Shown here: piece after piece, positions 47,657 to 56,755 of the stretch
Position numbering within the stretch: position 1 is the stretch's first letter
Layout: every line of letters starts with the position of its first letter
Assembly: GCA_009694725.1 (NCBI GenBank)
Contig: SICV01000002.1
Location: 26,966 to 90,965 of the forward strand
Source: Candidatus Pacearchaeota archaeon
GTDB taxonomy: Archaea; Nanobdellota; Nanobdellia; Pacearchaeales; GW2011-AR1
Reading direction: 5' to 3'
Length of the DNA: 64,000 bases
The notes under the pieces: model-generated
The model's database searches: none
What the model was told of the DNA's origin: nothing
The model's input: only the letters and a program-made list of their open reading frames with translations
Program-made: the position numbers and the translations under genes

Positions 47657-47981
47657 GCAAGGAGATATTCTCATCGTACCTTTCCCCTTTTCTGATTTGA
47701 GTAGTTTTAAACAACGACCTGTTTTGGTTCTCTCAAAGACGGAAGATAACGAAAAATCTGAAGATCTTATTACCTGCGGTATTACCTCTCGTTTAAAGGA
47801 ATCTTCATACGGTATTGTTATTGATTCTTTATCTTTATCTGAAGGTAGTATCCCCGGGCGTAGTAGGGTTAAAGTTGATAAATTGTTTACTCTTAGTAAG
47901 GATATCGTTATTAAAAAAGTTGCACGAGTTAATCAAGCAACTTTTGCCTTAGTGAAAACGGCATTCACGCAATTGGTATAA
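47646..47981 (+). CDS. mazF: MazF/PemK toxin
   Basis: GDILIVPFPFSD, KQRPVLVLS, ITS. Confidence 0.85.
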   Translation: MKYKQGDILIVPFPFSDLSSFKQRPVLVLSKTEDNEKSEDLITCGITSRLKESSYGIVIDSLSLSEGSIPGRSRVKVDKLFTLSKDIVIKKVARVNQATFALVKTAFTQLV

Positions 47982-47985
47982 TTCT

Positions 47986-48921
47986 TCATTTCTTACTGGC
48001 TTTTTCAGCAGACGCGAGGACTTTTGCTTTTAATTTGTCCTCGAGTTTGAGACGATCAATGAGCTCTTTGTATCTGTTTCTGATGGTGACTTCAGTGATG
48101 CCTGCGACATCTGCTACTTCACGTTGGGTCTTTTTTTCATCGTTGAGGAGGGCGGCTACGTAGAGGGCAGCTGCGGCGATGCCTGCTGGTCCGCGTCCTG
48201 AGGTGAGTTCGGAGATATCAGCACGTTTGAGGATTTTGAGAGCTTCATTCTGGGCTTTTGGTGAGAGATGGAGGATGGATGAAAATCGTGAGATATAGTC
48301 TTTGGGAGAGCTCGGTGTGACTTTTATTTTGAGCTTGCGTACGATGAAACGGTAGGTTCGTCCGATTTCTTTGCGCTCCACATCTGAGGCATTTGCAATT
48401 TCATCAAGGGTGCGAGGAATGTTGTAGGAACGACAGGCTGCGTAAATACAGGCTGCAATGACTGATTCCATACTTCTGCCACGGACGAGACCACGTTGGA
48501 GGACATAATTGTATACTCGTGAGGATTCATCCCGCACTACTGAAGGTAAGTTGAGGAAACTGGCGACACGGCGAAGTTCGGACATGGCTAATCGAAGGTT
48601 ACGTTCAATACTGGTGGAGACACGTTCTTGCCATTTTTTTAACCGAAGGAATTTTCGGGTTTGACCTGATTCAAGACGATAGATATCTGAAATTTCTCCG
48701 ACGTTCGTGGTCAGACCTTTGTCGAATTTCTGCATCGAGATGGGTGCTCCCCCTCGTCCTTTCTTTTCGTTTTTATCAAATGAACCCCCTGGATCGTGAC
48801 CTGTGTCGACCATTTTATCTTCTACAATTAATCCACAATCGTTACAGATAAGTTCGCCCCGATGATCGTCATACGTAAGCGACGTACTGTTACACTCGGG
48901 GCAGCGTTTTTGGTGACTCAT
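47986..48921 (-). CDS. tfb: Transcription initiation factor IIB
   Basis: CPEC...CNDCG zinc ribbon, GRSMES, TEVTIRNRYKEL. Confidence 0.96.
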   Translation of the reverse strand: MSHQKRCPECNSTSLTYDDHRGELICNDCGLIVEDKMVDTGHDPGGSFDKNEKKGRGGAPISMQKFDKGLTTNVGEISDIYRLESGQTRKFLRLKKWQERVSTSIERNLRLAMSELRRVASFLNLPSVVRDESSRVYNYVLQRGLVRGRSMESVIAACIYAACRSYNIPRTLDEIANASDVERKEIGRTYRFIVRKLKIKVTPSSPKDYISRFSSILHLSPKAQNEALKILKRADISELTSGRGPAGIAAAALYVAALLNDEKKTQREVADVAGITEVTIRNRYKELIDRLKLEDKLKAKVLASAEKASKK

Positions 48922-48957
48922 GAAGGAAAAGGTTTAAGTAGCTTATCGTTGATCCTT

Positions 48958-49443
48958 TTATAAAGCTTTGTATTGGTCTCGACGAGAAGGGAGGAGGAGC
49001 GGGAGAAGCCCGGCAAGTGAGGTTATGATGTGTTGTGGTTGCTCATATTCGTTTTCTGGCTCTTCTGTTGCATAGACTCCGTCTCTGAGCCAGATGGTGG
49101 TGCATCCAGCTTTTCTAAAGGGGGGAAAATTACGTATACGGTCATCGACTACCCAGCATTCTATGCCTCCCACTTGTAACCCTTTGAGTGCGGCAGCGAC
49201 GACTTCTTCGTTTTTTTCACGGCAGGTTTGGATGTGTTGGAAATAGCAGGCGAAAGGGAGTGCTTGGAGCTCATGGATACGTGCATCAGGATTTTTTGTT
49301 TTTGAGATAACGCCGAGGCGATAGTGTTGTGCGAGTTTTGTGATAATGTGTTTTGCTTCTGGCCGGACTATATTGGCTGATTCATCTGCTTTCGCGGTTA
49401 ATGTTCCGACATAATCGCAGAGGCCTGCTTGATAGACGATCAT
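48958..49443 (-). CDS. HAD-family hydrolase
   Basis: DYVGTL, VVDDR. Confidence 0.7.
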   Translation of the reverse strand: MIVYQAGLCDYVGTLTAKADESANIVRPEAKHIITKLAQHYRLGVISKTKNPDARIHELQALPFACYFQHIQTCREKNEEVVAAALKGLQVGGIECWVVDDRIRNFPPFRKAGCTTIWLRDGVYATEEPENEYEQPQHIITSLAGLLPLLLPSRRDQYKAL

Positions 49444-49484
49444 ACATTTTGCTTGAAGAGGCTCTTTTAAAAGAATATGGTGAC

Positions 49485-49844
49485 TTATTGTACTAAGACT
49501 GCGTTCACTTGGCCTTCTTGACCTGGACGATTGGTAATGCGAGCTTTACCTGCTTCTGTTGTGATTACTGCGCCTTTCATTAAACGATTTTGACGAGCAT
49601 AGAATCGATTTGCAGGGGTTTCTTCCACATTGGTGATTTTGACTTGTTTGATTTTACCTTTGACAACGACATTAGCGATGTCAGTCTTGAGTGTGATTGT
49701 TTTCATACTTCCACCACGGATTCTTAATTGTTTGACTTTTGTTTCACCTAAGAGTGTGTGACGTTCAGGATTATGAAGTTCATACTTCTTACTCTTGCGT
49801 TGTTTGTGATAGCGTCCGCCTGAAATCTTTCGACCATATGCCAT
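49485..49844 (-). CDS. rps8e: Ribosomal protein S8e (eS8)
   Basis: RKISGGRY, RIRGG, RPGQEGQVNAVL. Confidence 0.95.
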   Translation of the reverse strand: MAYGRKISGGRYHKQRKSKKYELHNPERHTLLGETKVKQLRIRGGSMKTITLKTDIANVVVKGKIKQVKITNVEETPANRFYARQNRLMKGAVITTEAGKARITNRPGQEGQVNAVLVQ

Positions 49845-49971
49845 GATTATCGTTGGATTTCAATGCTTTATAAAGATTTGTTTCAAGAATTTATTTCTTT
49901 TTCTCCCAACAGTACGTTCCTTTCCTTTTTTATTACGATATCTTTATATAGGAACTTTTGAAGGGGACTAT

Positions 49972-50217
49972 ATGGCTACCAAAATTGAACGACCTTTGGA
50001 CCTCTTGAATGCCTCTCGAGGAAAAGAAGTGTTGGTTCAGCTGAAGGGCGACAAGCAATATGTCGGAACGCTGTTGGCGTTTGACATCCACATAAACGTT
50101 GTCTTAGACAACGCAAAGGAATTGCTTGACGGTCAGGTAAAGAAAAGTATTGGAATCACGTTCCTACGTGGCGATACGATTATCTTTATCTCACCTGCTT
50201 CTACTGCTGCTAAATAA
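49972..50217 (+). CDS. Sm/Lsm-like archaeal RNA-binding protein (SmAP1)
   Basis: RPLDLL, AFDIHINVVL, FLRGDTI. Confidence 0.92.
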   Translation: MATKIERPLDLLNASRGKEVLVQLKGDKQYVGTLLAFDIHINVVLDNAKELLDGQVKKSIGITFLRGDTIIFISPASTAAK

Positions 50218-50359
50218 TTAGGGTTTATTTTGATTTACCAGAAAGCGGCGTTTCGGATTGAAACGAAGTAGTGGGAGCTTTCTCGGTTATTTTTTGTTCT
50301 GATATCGTGTGCACGTTTTGGTGTGATGGTTTAGGAAGATAAGGGATACTCTTTTTTAT

Positions 50360-51259
50360 CTACAACGTCAGCACATCAAAGTCATTCGCTGCTTTAACGT
50401 TCTTGAAGACTTTCTTTGCTTCTTTGATGAGAAGGTCGGTGCGATGTTCATAGCGTTGAGAAATGTGCGTGAGCATGAGTGCTTTGGCTTTTGCTTGTTT
50501 TGCTATTTGTGCAGCTTGTGCAGCTGTAAGATGATGGTATTCTTTGGCTTTTTCTGTTTCTTCTTGTGCGAAACTTGCTTCAGTAATTAAGAGGTTTGCA
50601 TCTTGGGCATGTTTGGCAAGGTGAGGGTGGAATCCTGTATCTAAGATAATAGTTACTTTTCTTCCTGGCTCTTGGTAGGTGACTTGGGATGGTTTGATTG
50701 TTTTACCATTGATAGTAATTGTTTTCCCTGCGGCTAATTGCCCCAGTTGCGGGGTATTGGGGAGCTTGAGTTTTTTGAGTTTTGCTTTATCTAATCGCGT
50801 TTTCTCTTTAATGATAAATGAGTAGCCGAGTGCGGGGCAGTCATGGTGGACTGAAAATGCCTCTACGCTCCATTCAGGCGTTTCCATGATTACTCCTGGA
50901 TTGATTTCATGCACTTCGAGTTTGATAGGCATGCCAGTCATGAGTTGAGTAATTGCGTGCATGAAATGATTGCTTCCTTTAGGGCCATAGAGATGGAGGG
51001 TTTTTGCATAGTCTGACATGCCTAGACTTTGGAGTAATCCGGGAAGTCCGAGTATATGGTCGCCATGCCAGTGAGTTATACAGATGTGGGTTATCTTATG
51101 AGGGCTGAGTGATGCTTGAGGAAATTGGCGTTGGGTGCCTTCTCCACAATCTACCAAAAGTCCAAGGTTTTTGTAGGTAAGTAGCATTGATGTATGGTTA
51201 CGCTGAGGGGTGGGAATTGCGTTTCCCGTACCGAGAAAGGTGAGCGTGATTGGTTCCAT
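50360..51259 (-). CDS. rnz: Ribonuclease Z
   Basis: FLGTG, DCGEGTQRQ, THWHGDH, THISQRY. Confidence 0.94.
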   Translation of the reverse strand: MEPITLTFLGTGNAIPTPQRNHTSMLLTYKNLGLLVDCGEGTQRQFPQASLSPHKITHICITHWHGDHILGLPGLLQSLGMSDYAKTLHLYGPKGSNHFMHAITQLMTGMPIKLEVHEINPGVIMETPEWSVEAFSVHHDCPALGYSFIIKEKTRLDKAKLKKLKLPNTPQLGQLAAGKTITINGKTIKPSQVTYQEPGRKVTIILDTGFHPHLAKHAQDANLLITEASFAQEETEKAKEYHHLTAAQAAQIAKQAKAKALMLTHISQRYEHRTDLLIKEAKKVFKNVKAANDFDVLTL

Positions 51260-51310
51260 TTTGTAGGGAGACAAGGAAGGTTTTAATATGTTCGTGCTTC
51301 TTTCTTTGGT

Positions 51311-51901
51311 ATGAGAGTTGCACTGATTGTTTCTGTACTTCTTTTTTTGATAGTGGGGACTGGATTTTATGCAGGGATGCATGTTGCTTCATTTACTGGT
51401 CATGTGGTGAGTGATGAATATCGAGTGTTCGACAGCGTTACTAGTAATGCGGGAACAAAGGCGCGTATTGTCAGTATTGTTGGAGGAGATGAACGTGTGT
51501 TGATTACTTTGGAAGTGCAGGATCTAGTTCTTCGTGAACATAGCATGACCTTTGTTAGTGTGTTCTCTGTTGCAGGAGAAGAAGTTGGGCGAGCTACTGA
51601 AGAAGTGCTTGTGCCGTATAGTGCTATAACCCTTGTAGCCCTTTCTGTACCTGTGCGTCCACTTACCGGACAGGAAGCCACGCTTCGTATCGAGGGCACA
51701 GATGATTTGGGTACGTTATATATCGAAGGAACAACCAGTCTTACGGTTACTTCTGTCTCCTATACTCGATTATGGTGGGGATTTGGAGGTTTTTTTGTAT
51801 TACTCGTTCTTATTTTCTTAGTCGTTCGCCATTTATTGACCCGTGCGAACGTTGCCTCTTTTGCACAAGTACATTCTGATGGCTTGATACACTTACGTTA
51901 G
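51311..51901 (+). CDS. Membrane-anchored surface protein
   Basis: N- and C-terminal TM helices; FTGHVV motif. Confidence 0.7.
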   Translation: MRVALIVSVLLFLIVGTGFYAGMHVASFTGHVVSDEYRVFDSVTSNAGTKARIVSIVGGDERVLITLEVQDLVLREHSMTFVSVFSVAGEEVGRATEEVLVPYSAITLVALSVPVRPLTGQEATLRIEGTDDLGTLYIEGTTSLTVTSVSYTRLWWGFGGFFVLLVLIFLVVRHLLTRANVASFAQVHSDGLIHLR

Positions 51902-51931
51902 TCTTAAAAAGAAGGTTTTGGTAGAGTTTCT

Positions 51932-52474
51932 ATGGGTGAAGTGAAAGTGACCTCTGAGTCGCTCCGCGCTGCAGAAATTAGTTTACAATTAGATATGTAT
52001 GATGATATCTTTTCTGATTTCGATCCTCGCCCTTTTTCACAACGAGCGCTCTCTGATGATTTTTTATTGGAAGCTCGGCGTGCAAGTAGGGATAAACCAA
52101 ACGGGGCCTTTGAAATACGTTTTATGATGCCCAAAGAAGATCGTAATCCTGCGGAAGAACAACTCATTAAACGTCGATTGAAAGATCATTTTCATAAACA
52201 TTATGTAGAAACGGTCGGGAAGACAACTGCCGTTACCCGAAAAGGATATACCTTAATTATTCTGGGTATTTTCGTTGCTTTGGGCGGAGGGTATATTGCG
52301 TTATATGAACATTCTTTTTTTGCGAAGGTTGCGATTATTGTATTAGAACCCGCGAGCTGGTTTTGTATTTGGAGTGGGTTTGATCATTTAGTCTTTAATG
52401 GGAAAGAATATGAAGAGGATCTTGTATTTTACGAGAAAATGCGTAACGCTGATATTTTATTTGAAGGATATTAA
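51932..52474 (+). CDS. Hypothetical membrane protein
   Basis: DIFSDFDPRPFSQRALS; two TM helices. Confidence 0.75.
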   Translation: MGEVKVTSESLRAAEISLQLDMYDDIFSDFDPRPFSQRALSDDFLLEARRASRDKPNGAFEIRFMMPKEDRNPAEEQLIKRRLKDHFHKHYVETVGKTTAVTRKGYTLIILGIFVALGGGYIALYEHSFFAKVAIIVLEPASWFCIWSGFDHLVFNGKEYEEDLVFYEKMRNADILFEGY

Positions 52475-52845
52475 TCATCTTGATCAATAATGAATTCATT
52501 GCCATCTGGGTCTGCAATAACTGCGTTCCATCCACCCCAGAATTGTTGTACTGGTTGCACACTGATTGTTACGTTTAGTTTTTTGCATTTCGCTATGAAT
52601 TGTTTGATATTTGAGACGCGTATCACCGCTGAGGACCTTCCCCCTATGTTAAACTCTTCTTCAAATCCCTTTGCTCGCTTTGGGTTTTTTGTTTCAATAT
52701 AAAATGTATTTTTCCCCAAAGTCATTTCTAAGAATTCAGGTGGACGGCATTCGACAGTTTTCATTCCAAAGACTTTAGTGTACCATACTTTTGCTTTGGT
52801 GATATCTTTTACTCCAATGAGGTTTGCACCCAATTCAATTTTCAT
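52471..52845 (-). CDS. VOC/glyoxalase-family protein
   Basis: AKVWYTKVFG, QFWGG...ADPDGNEF. Confidence 0.85.
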   Translation of the reverse strand: MKIELGANLIGVKDITKAKVWYTKVFGMKTVECRPPEFLEMTLGKNTFYIETKNPKRAKGFEEEFNIGGRSSAVIRVSNIKQFIAKCKKLNVTISVQPVQQFWGGWNAVIADPDGNEFIIDQDD

Positions 52846-52917
52846 TCTTTAGCTCATGGTTTCTTATTTAAGTAGTTTTAGAAACGTTTATAGAGCTTCT
52901 CCTTGTCTTTTGTCTAT

Positions 52918-53008
52918 GCCCTCGTAGCTCAGCTTGGATAGAGCAGCGGACTTCTATTACCTCATAGGGGGAATCCGCAGGTCGCAGGTTCAAATCCTGT
53001 CGGGGGCG
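52918..53008 (+). tRNA. tRNA-Arg(TCT) with a 16-nt intron at 37/38 (52957-52972)
   Basis: gcgga-ctTCTa|a-tccgc after intron removal. Confidence 0.9.
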
Positions 53009-53071
53009 TGTAGGATTTGAACATCCAGAGAATGTTCTATTCTCTGTCCCTTCGGTTAGTAAACCTTCAGG

Positions 53072-53099
53072 AATCCTGTCGGGGGCGTGTAGGATTTGA
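53072..53099 (+). repeat. 28-bp direct repeat of the tRNA-Arg 3' end and flank
   Basis: aatcctgtcgggggcgtgtaggatttga at 52993-53020 and 53072-53099. Confidence 0.92.
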
Positions 53100-53138
53100 T
53101 TACCCATTTTTTATAAAGTCTCTTTTTAGTATATCCTT

Positions 53139-53532
53139 ATGAGGGTGCTTTCTCTTGCTTGATTATTTCTCGGGTGTTCTTTAGTTGGGGTGTGATGTTT
53201 TTCCTCTCCGTGTTTCTTCAGGCGTTGCTCCACGAGTGAGTGATGTTTCTATTGCACAGGAATGAGGACATATGGGAATTGCCCATGTCTGGTCTGATCC
53301 TGCAGGGTATGGTCGAGTAGGGAGTTATACGCTTGTTGATTGGAGTGATGATCATGTGATTGATGAAGTATGGAAAGGGACGGGTGCCTCACGTAAGGTT
53401 TTTGCGCCTTCTGCTCCTGAATTTAAGGAAGTTGCACCTTATTTTGAGAGTATTCTTGCTCGAGCACCTCGCGATCGGGAGTATTGGCCAGAAGATGCGC
53501 CTTCTCGCGGATATATGGAGTTTCTTGCTTGA
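53139..53532 (+). pseudogene. Probable decayed secreted-protein gene; intact 3' part 53272-53532
   Basis: Signal-peptide-like 5' part interrupted by two TGA codons and a frameshift. Confidence 0.4.
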
Positions 53533-53560
53533 CAAAACGTATTAAAATAGGCTTGCTTCT

Positions 53561-53998
53561 CTATTCTTCAGCGTAGTTCGTATGTTCTATTTTGTAGGTT
53601 CCCGTTATGAGATCAAGGTAGAGTGTAGTGAGACCATCATCCGTGCCCCAGTCTATATGTGTTGCTTTTTGAGGAAGCTTTTTTTTGAGTATTTTTCCAA
53701 GATAGCTTCTACTTTTTTTTGTTGCTTGATCAATGGTTTGATCTTGGAGTTTGGGATCATATGAACCTCCAGTTACGATTGCTTGTAGTTGTTTTCTTGT
53801 TCCGTATGTTTGGGCTGTGGTAAGCATTGCTTCAAGTGCTTCATGTTCGATCATAGGGGTATGGATGAGCCACCCTATTTTCAGGTGAGGGAAGTAAAGG
53901 CCAAGACCAATACAGTTTGCAAGACCTCGTGTCCAGAGCATGCACTCGTTTCCTTGGACCCACCCTTCACATTGTTCTACTTCTCGTTCTTTTCCCAT
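53561..53998 (-). CDS. CheD-like deamidase-fold protein
   Basis: TRGLANCIGLGLY...GWLIH, VTGG. Confidence 0.55.
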   Translation of the reverse strand: MGKEREVEQCEGWVQGNECMLWTRGLANCIGLGLYFPHLKIGWLIHTPMIEHEALEAMLTTAQTYGTRKQLQAIVTGGSYDPKLQDQTIDQATKKSRSYLGKILKKKLPQKATHIDWGTDDGLTTLYLDLITGTYKIEHTNYAEE

Positions 53999-54095
53999 CT
54001 TTTTATCTTTCGAGGTCAGTATAAAAGGGTATCCCTTTTCTTGGAAAGAGAGATTATAGCTATGTTTAAAAGTCTCTTTCTGTGGTGAGCATGGT

Positions 54096-54168
54096 GCGCA
54101 CGTGGCACAGCGGTTACTGCGGTCGCCTGCAGAGCGACTTTTCCCCGGTTCAAATCCGGGCGTGCGCT
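54096..54168 (+). tRNA. tRNA-Cys(GCA)
   Basis: gtcgc-ctGCAga-gcgac. Confidence 0.92.
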
Positions 54169-54176
54169 TTCTCTTC

Positions 54177-54917
54177 TTAGGTTTTTTGTATCTTGGTAAT
54201 GTCTAAAAGGTGTTTTGTTTTTTTGTTTCCTGCTTGTATCAGCGTTTGTTTTTTATGCAACATATGTAGGGGTTTTATGACTCGTATTGTATTGCCCAGG
54301 GATAGTTGCATAGAGGTGGTAATCATTGTTTCTTTTGGAAAGAGGAGCGCATCCTCTAATGAATAATATCCTTCTTCTCTTCTTTCATACATATGAATGT
54401 GTAAATGATTAACAGGGCTATTGCCCACCATTATTTGATCGTCTCTGATTTGGAGAAGTATTGGATTTCTGTTAGGACGAAGATCGTATACTAATTGATG
54501 CGGGTTAATTGGTTCAAGTAATTCTTGTTTTGTATCTGATCCGGGAAGTAATTTCCAACTTGCTTTACGTTCAAACCAATAATATCCTCTTTTTTCTGCT
54601 TGTTCAGTCATTTTATTGATGAGTGAAGGATTGCGCATTACCCCAATGTCGAGGTTTGTATGTGTTCGATCATACCCGCATTGTAAGGATATGCTTGGGG
54701 CACCTGAAAACCACCAACCGTTTAACTCTTTCCACCAGGAAGCGATTTCACTCATTTGTTCTTCTAACATGCGCAGATTTTGTTGTGGAGGATGTTTGTA
54801 TCCTTTTTCTTCTGCGAGATAATAGTTTTGTATTGGCCTTCGTTTTCCCGTTACTACATCTAATTGCCATTTCACTCGCTTATGGGCAAGTCCCCAAAGA
54901 ATTGAATCTTCAGTCAT
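54177..54917 (-). CDS. Nucleotidyltransferase-like protein
   Basis: WWFSGAPSISL...RTHTNLDIGV resembles aminoglycoside NTase-like folds. Confidence 0.55.
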   Translation of the reverse strand: MTEDSILWGLAHKRVKWQLDVVTGKRRPIQNYYLAEEKGYKHPPQQNLRMLEEQMSEIASWWKELNGWWFSGAPSISLQCGYDRTHTNLDIGVMRNPSLINKMTEQAEKRGYYWFERKASWKLLPGSDTKQELLEPINPHQLVYDLRPNRNPILLQIRDDQIMVGNSPVNHLHIHMYERREEGYYSLEDALLFPKETMITTSMQLSLGNTIRVIKPLHMLHKKQTLIQAGNKKTKHLLDITKIQKT

Positions 54918-55004
54918 CTCTTTTTTGAAGAGGTTCGGTTCTTAAGCTTTTTTGTGGTAGAGTAGGGTTTAAAAGGAGAATTTCCTCAAGAGATATGGGA
55001 GGAA

Positions 55005-55157
55005 ATGATGGCAACACAAGGATATTGCGTAAAGTGTAAGAAGAAAGTTGACATACAAGGAGCAAAAGAGTCGCTTACTTCAAAAGGCACAAAAATCGCA
55101 AAAGGTTCATGTCCAAACTGCAAGACTACGGTCTGTAGAATGGGCGGTTTGAAATAA
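55005..55157 (+). CDS. Small zinc-ribbon protein (DUF5679-like; not in the ORF track)
   Basis: GYCVKCKKK ... KGSCPNCKTTVCRMGG; GGAGG upstream. Confidence 0.8.
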   Translation: MMATQGYCVKCKKKVDIQGAKESLTSKGTKIAKGSCPNCKTTVCRMGGLK

Positions 55158-55212
55158 GTATTTTATTTCTCATCCGTATCTTTTATATACCCTGAGCGTA
55201 GCCTAGCTTGGT

Positions 55213-56682
55213 ATGGTTAGTTCTGCTTTGACGATTGATGAACTTGCACAGTTTTGCAAGCGTAAAGGGTTTATCTTTCGTTCGAGTGATATCTATGGGG
55301 GATTTTCTGGTTTTTGGGATTATGGGCCACTCGGGGTTGAATTGTTTCAGAAGGTCAAACAGGACTTCTGGCGATGGTTTGTAGCTCGGGATGATATGGC
55401 CGGTATTGAAGCGAGCGTGATTAGTCATCCGATGACCTGGCAGGCTTCAGGACATATTGCTTCATTTTCTGATGTTGCTGTTGTGTGTACAAAGTGTAAG
55501 CAAGCAACAAAATTGGACAAGAGTGAAGTGGGCAAAGTGACGTGTGCGTGTGGGGGAGCGTACGACGTGCAGGGCGAGTTTAGTTTAATGTTTAAAACAC
55601 ATGTGGGCGCGTTGAAGCCGACGGAAGCGTATTTGCGAGGGGAGACTGCTCAGGCCATGTTTATGGATTTCAAATTGGTGCAAGAAACTGCTCGTAAACA
55701 GTTGCCGTTTGGGATTGCTCAAGTCGGGCGCTGTTTCCGAAATGAAATTGCCCCTCGTGATTTTATCTTCAGATGCCGAGAATTTACGATTGGAGAATTT
55801 GAGTTCTTTATTCATCCCGATGAAAAGATGTGTGCATTGTTGGACAAGGCACATACGAAGGTGAAGGTACGTTTGTTGGATGCGGAGACTCAGGTGAAAG
55901 GAAAAGAAACGTTGAGTGAGACGACGATTGGAGAGATGGTGAAAGAAGGGCGATTAGATGAGTGGCATGCGTATTGGTTAGCGGAACAATTATTGTGGTT
56001 TGATTCTCTTGGACTTGCTGATAAGATTAAGATTCGAGAACATATGAAAACTGAATTGAGTCATTATTCGTCTGCTACCTTTGATTTAGACTTTGAATAT
56101 CCGTTCGGAAGTAAAGAAGTTGGAGGGAATGCGAACCGGGGACAATATGATTTGGGGCAGCATGCACAATTCTCGAAACAGAAGTTGGAATTGTTTGATG
56201 AAAAGACAAAGCAAAAAGTAGTTCCTCGTGTGATTGAACCTACCTTTGGGATAGATCGTATCGTGATGGCATTATTATGTAACGCGTACGATCATGATAC
56301 CGCACGGGATAATGTTATCTTACATTTACCTGCTCGGCTTGCTCCTGCTCAAGTTGCAGTTTTTCCTTTAACTGGAAAAGGGAAGGAAGAAAGTATTGCT
56401 CGTGATCTGGTCAAAGCGTTGCGTACTGAAGGATGGGGTGTGGTGTATGATGAGAGTGGAAGTATTGGGAAACGATATGCTCGGCAAGATGAAAGTGGAA
56501 CCCCTCTCTGTATTACCATTGATCCTGAGACCGAAAAGACTTCGAAAGTGACTGTGCGAGATCGAGACAGTACGAAGCAGGTGACGATTAAGGTTGATGA
56601 AGTTGTGGATGTGGTCCGGAAGGTTATTCGGGGAGAGTCATTGGTAAAGTTAGGGAAAGCGGTTGAGACGCGTGTAAAATGA
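55213..56682 (+). CDS. glyS: Glycyl-tRNA synthetase (alpha2 type)
   Basis: IYGGFSGFWDYGPLG, YLRGETAQ, FRNEIAPR, VIEPTFGIDR. Confidence 0.96.
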   Translation: MVSSALTIDELAQFCKRKGFIFRSSDIYGGFSGFWDYGPLGVELFQKVKQDFWRWFVARDDMAGIEASVISHPMTWQASGHIASFSDVAVVCTKCKQATKLDKSEVGKVTCACGGAYDVQGEFSLMFKTHVGALKPTEAYLRGETAQAMFMDFKLVQETARKQLPFGIAQVGRCFRNEIAPRDFIFRCREFTIGEFEFFIHPDEKMCALLDKAHTKVKVRLLDAETQVKGKETLSETTIGEMVKEGRLDEWHAYWLAEQLLWFDSLGLADKIKIREHMKTELSHYSSATFDLDFEYPFGSKEVGGNANRGQYDLGQHAQFSKQKLELFDEKTKQKVVPRVIEPTFGIDRIVMALLCNAYDHDTARDNVILHLPARLAPAQVAVFPLTGKGKEESIARDLVKALRTEGWGVVYDESGSIGKRYARQDESGTPLCITIDPETEKTSKVTVRDRDSTKQVTIKVDEVVDVVRKVIRGESLVKLGKAVETRVK

Positions 56683-56755
56683 GTTTGTTAGTTGCAGATA
56701 TTAGAATGGAGGCCCAAGCATTAGGGGTCGCTAGAGACGAACTTTTGAAATAAAT

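Noticed and set aside
53139..53271. In-frame TGA codons suggesting TGA=Gly recoding
   Set aside because: A frameshift is also required, and conserved genes here (radA, glyS, rps27e) end in TGA; pseudogenisation is the simpler explanation.
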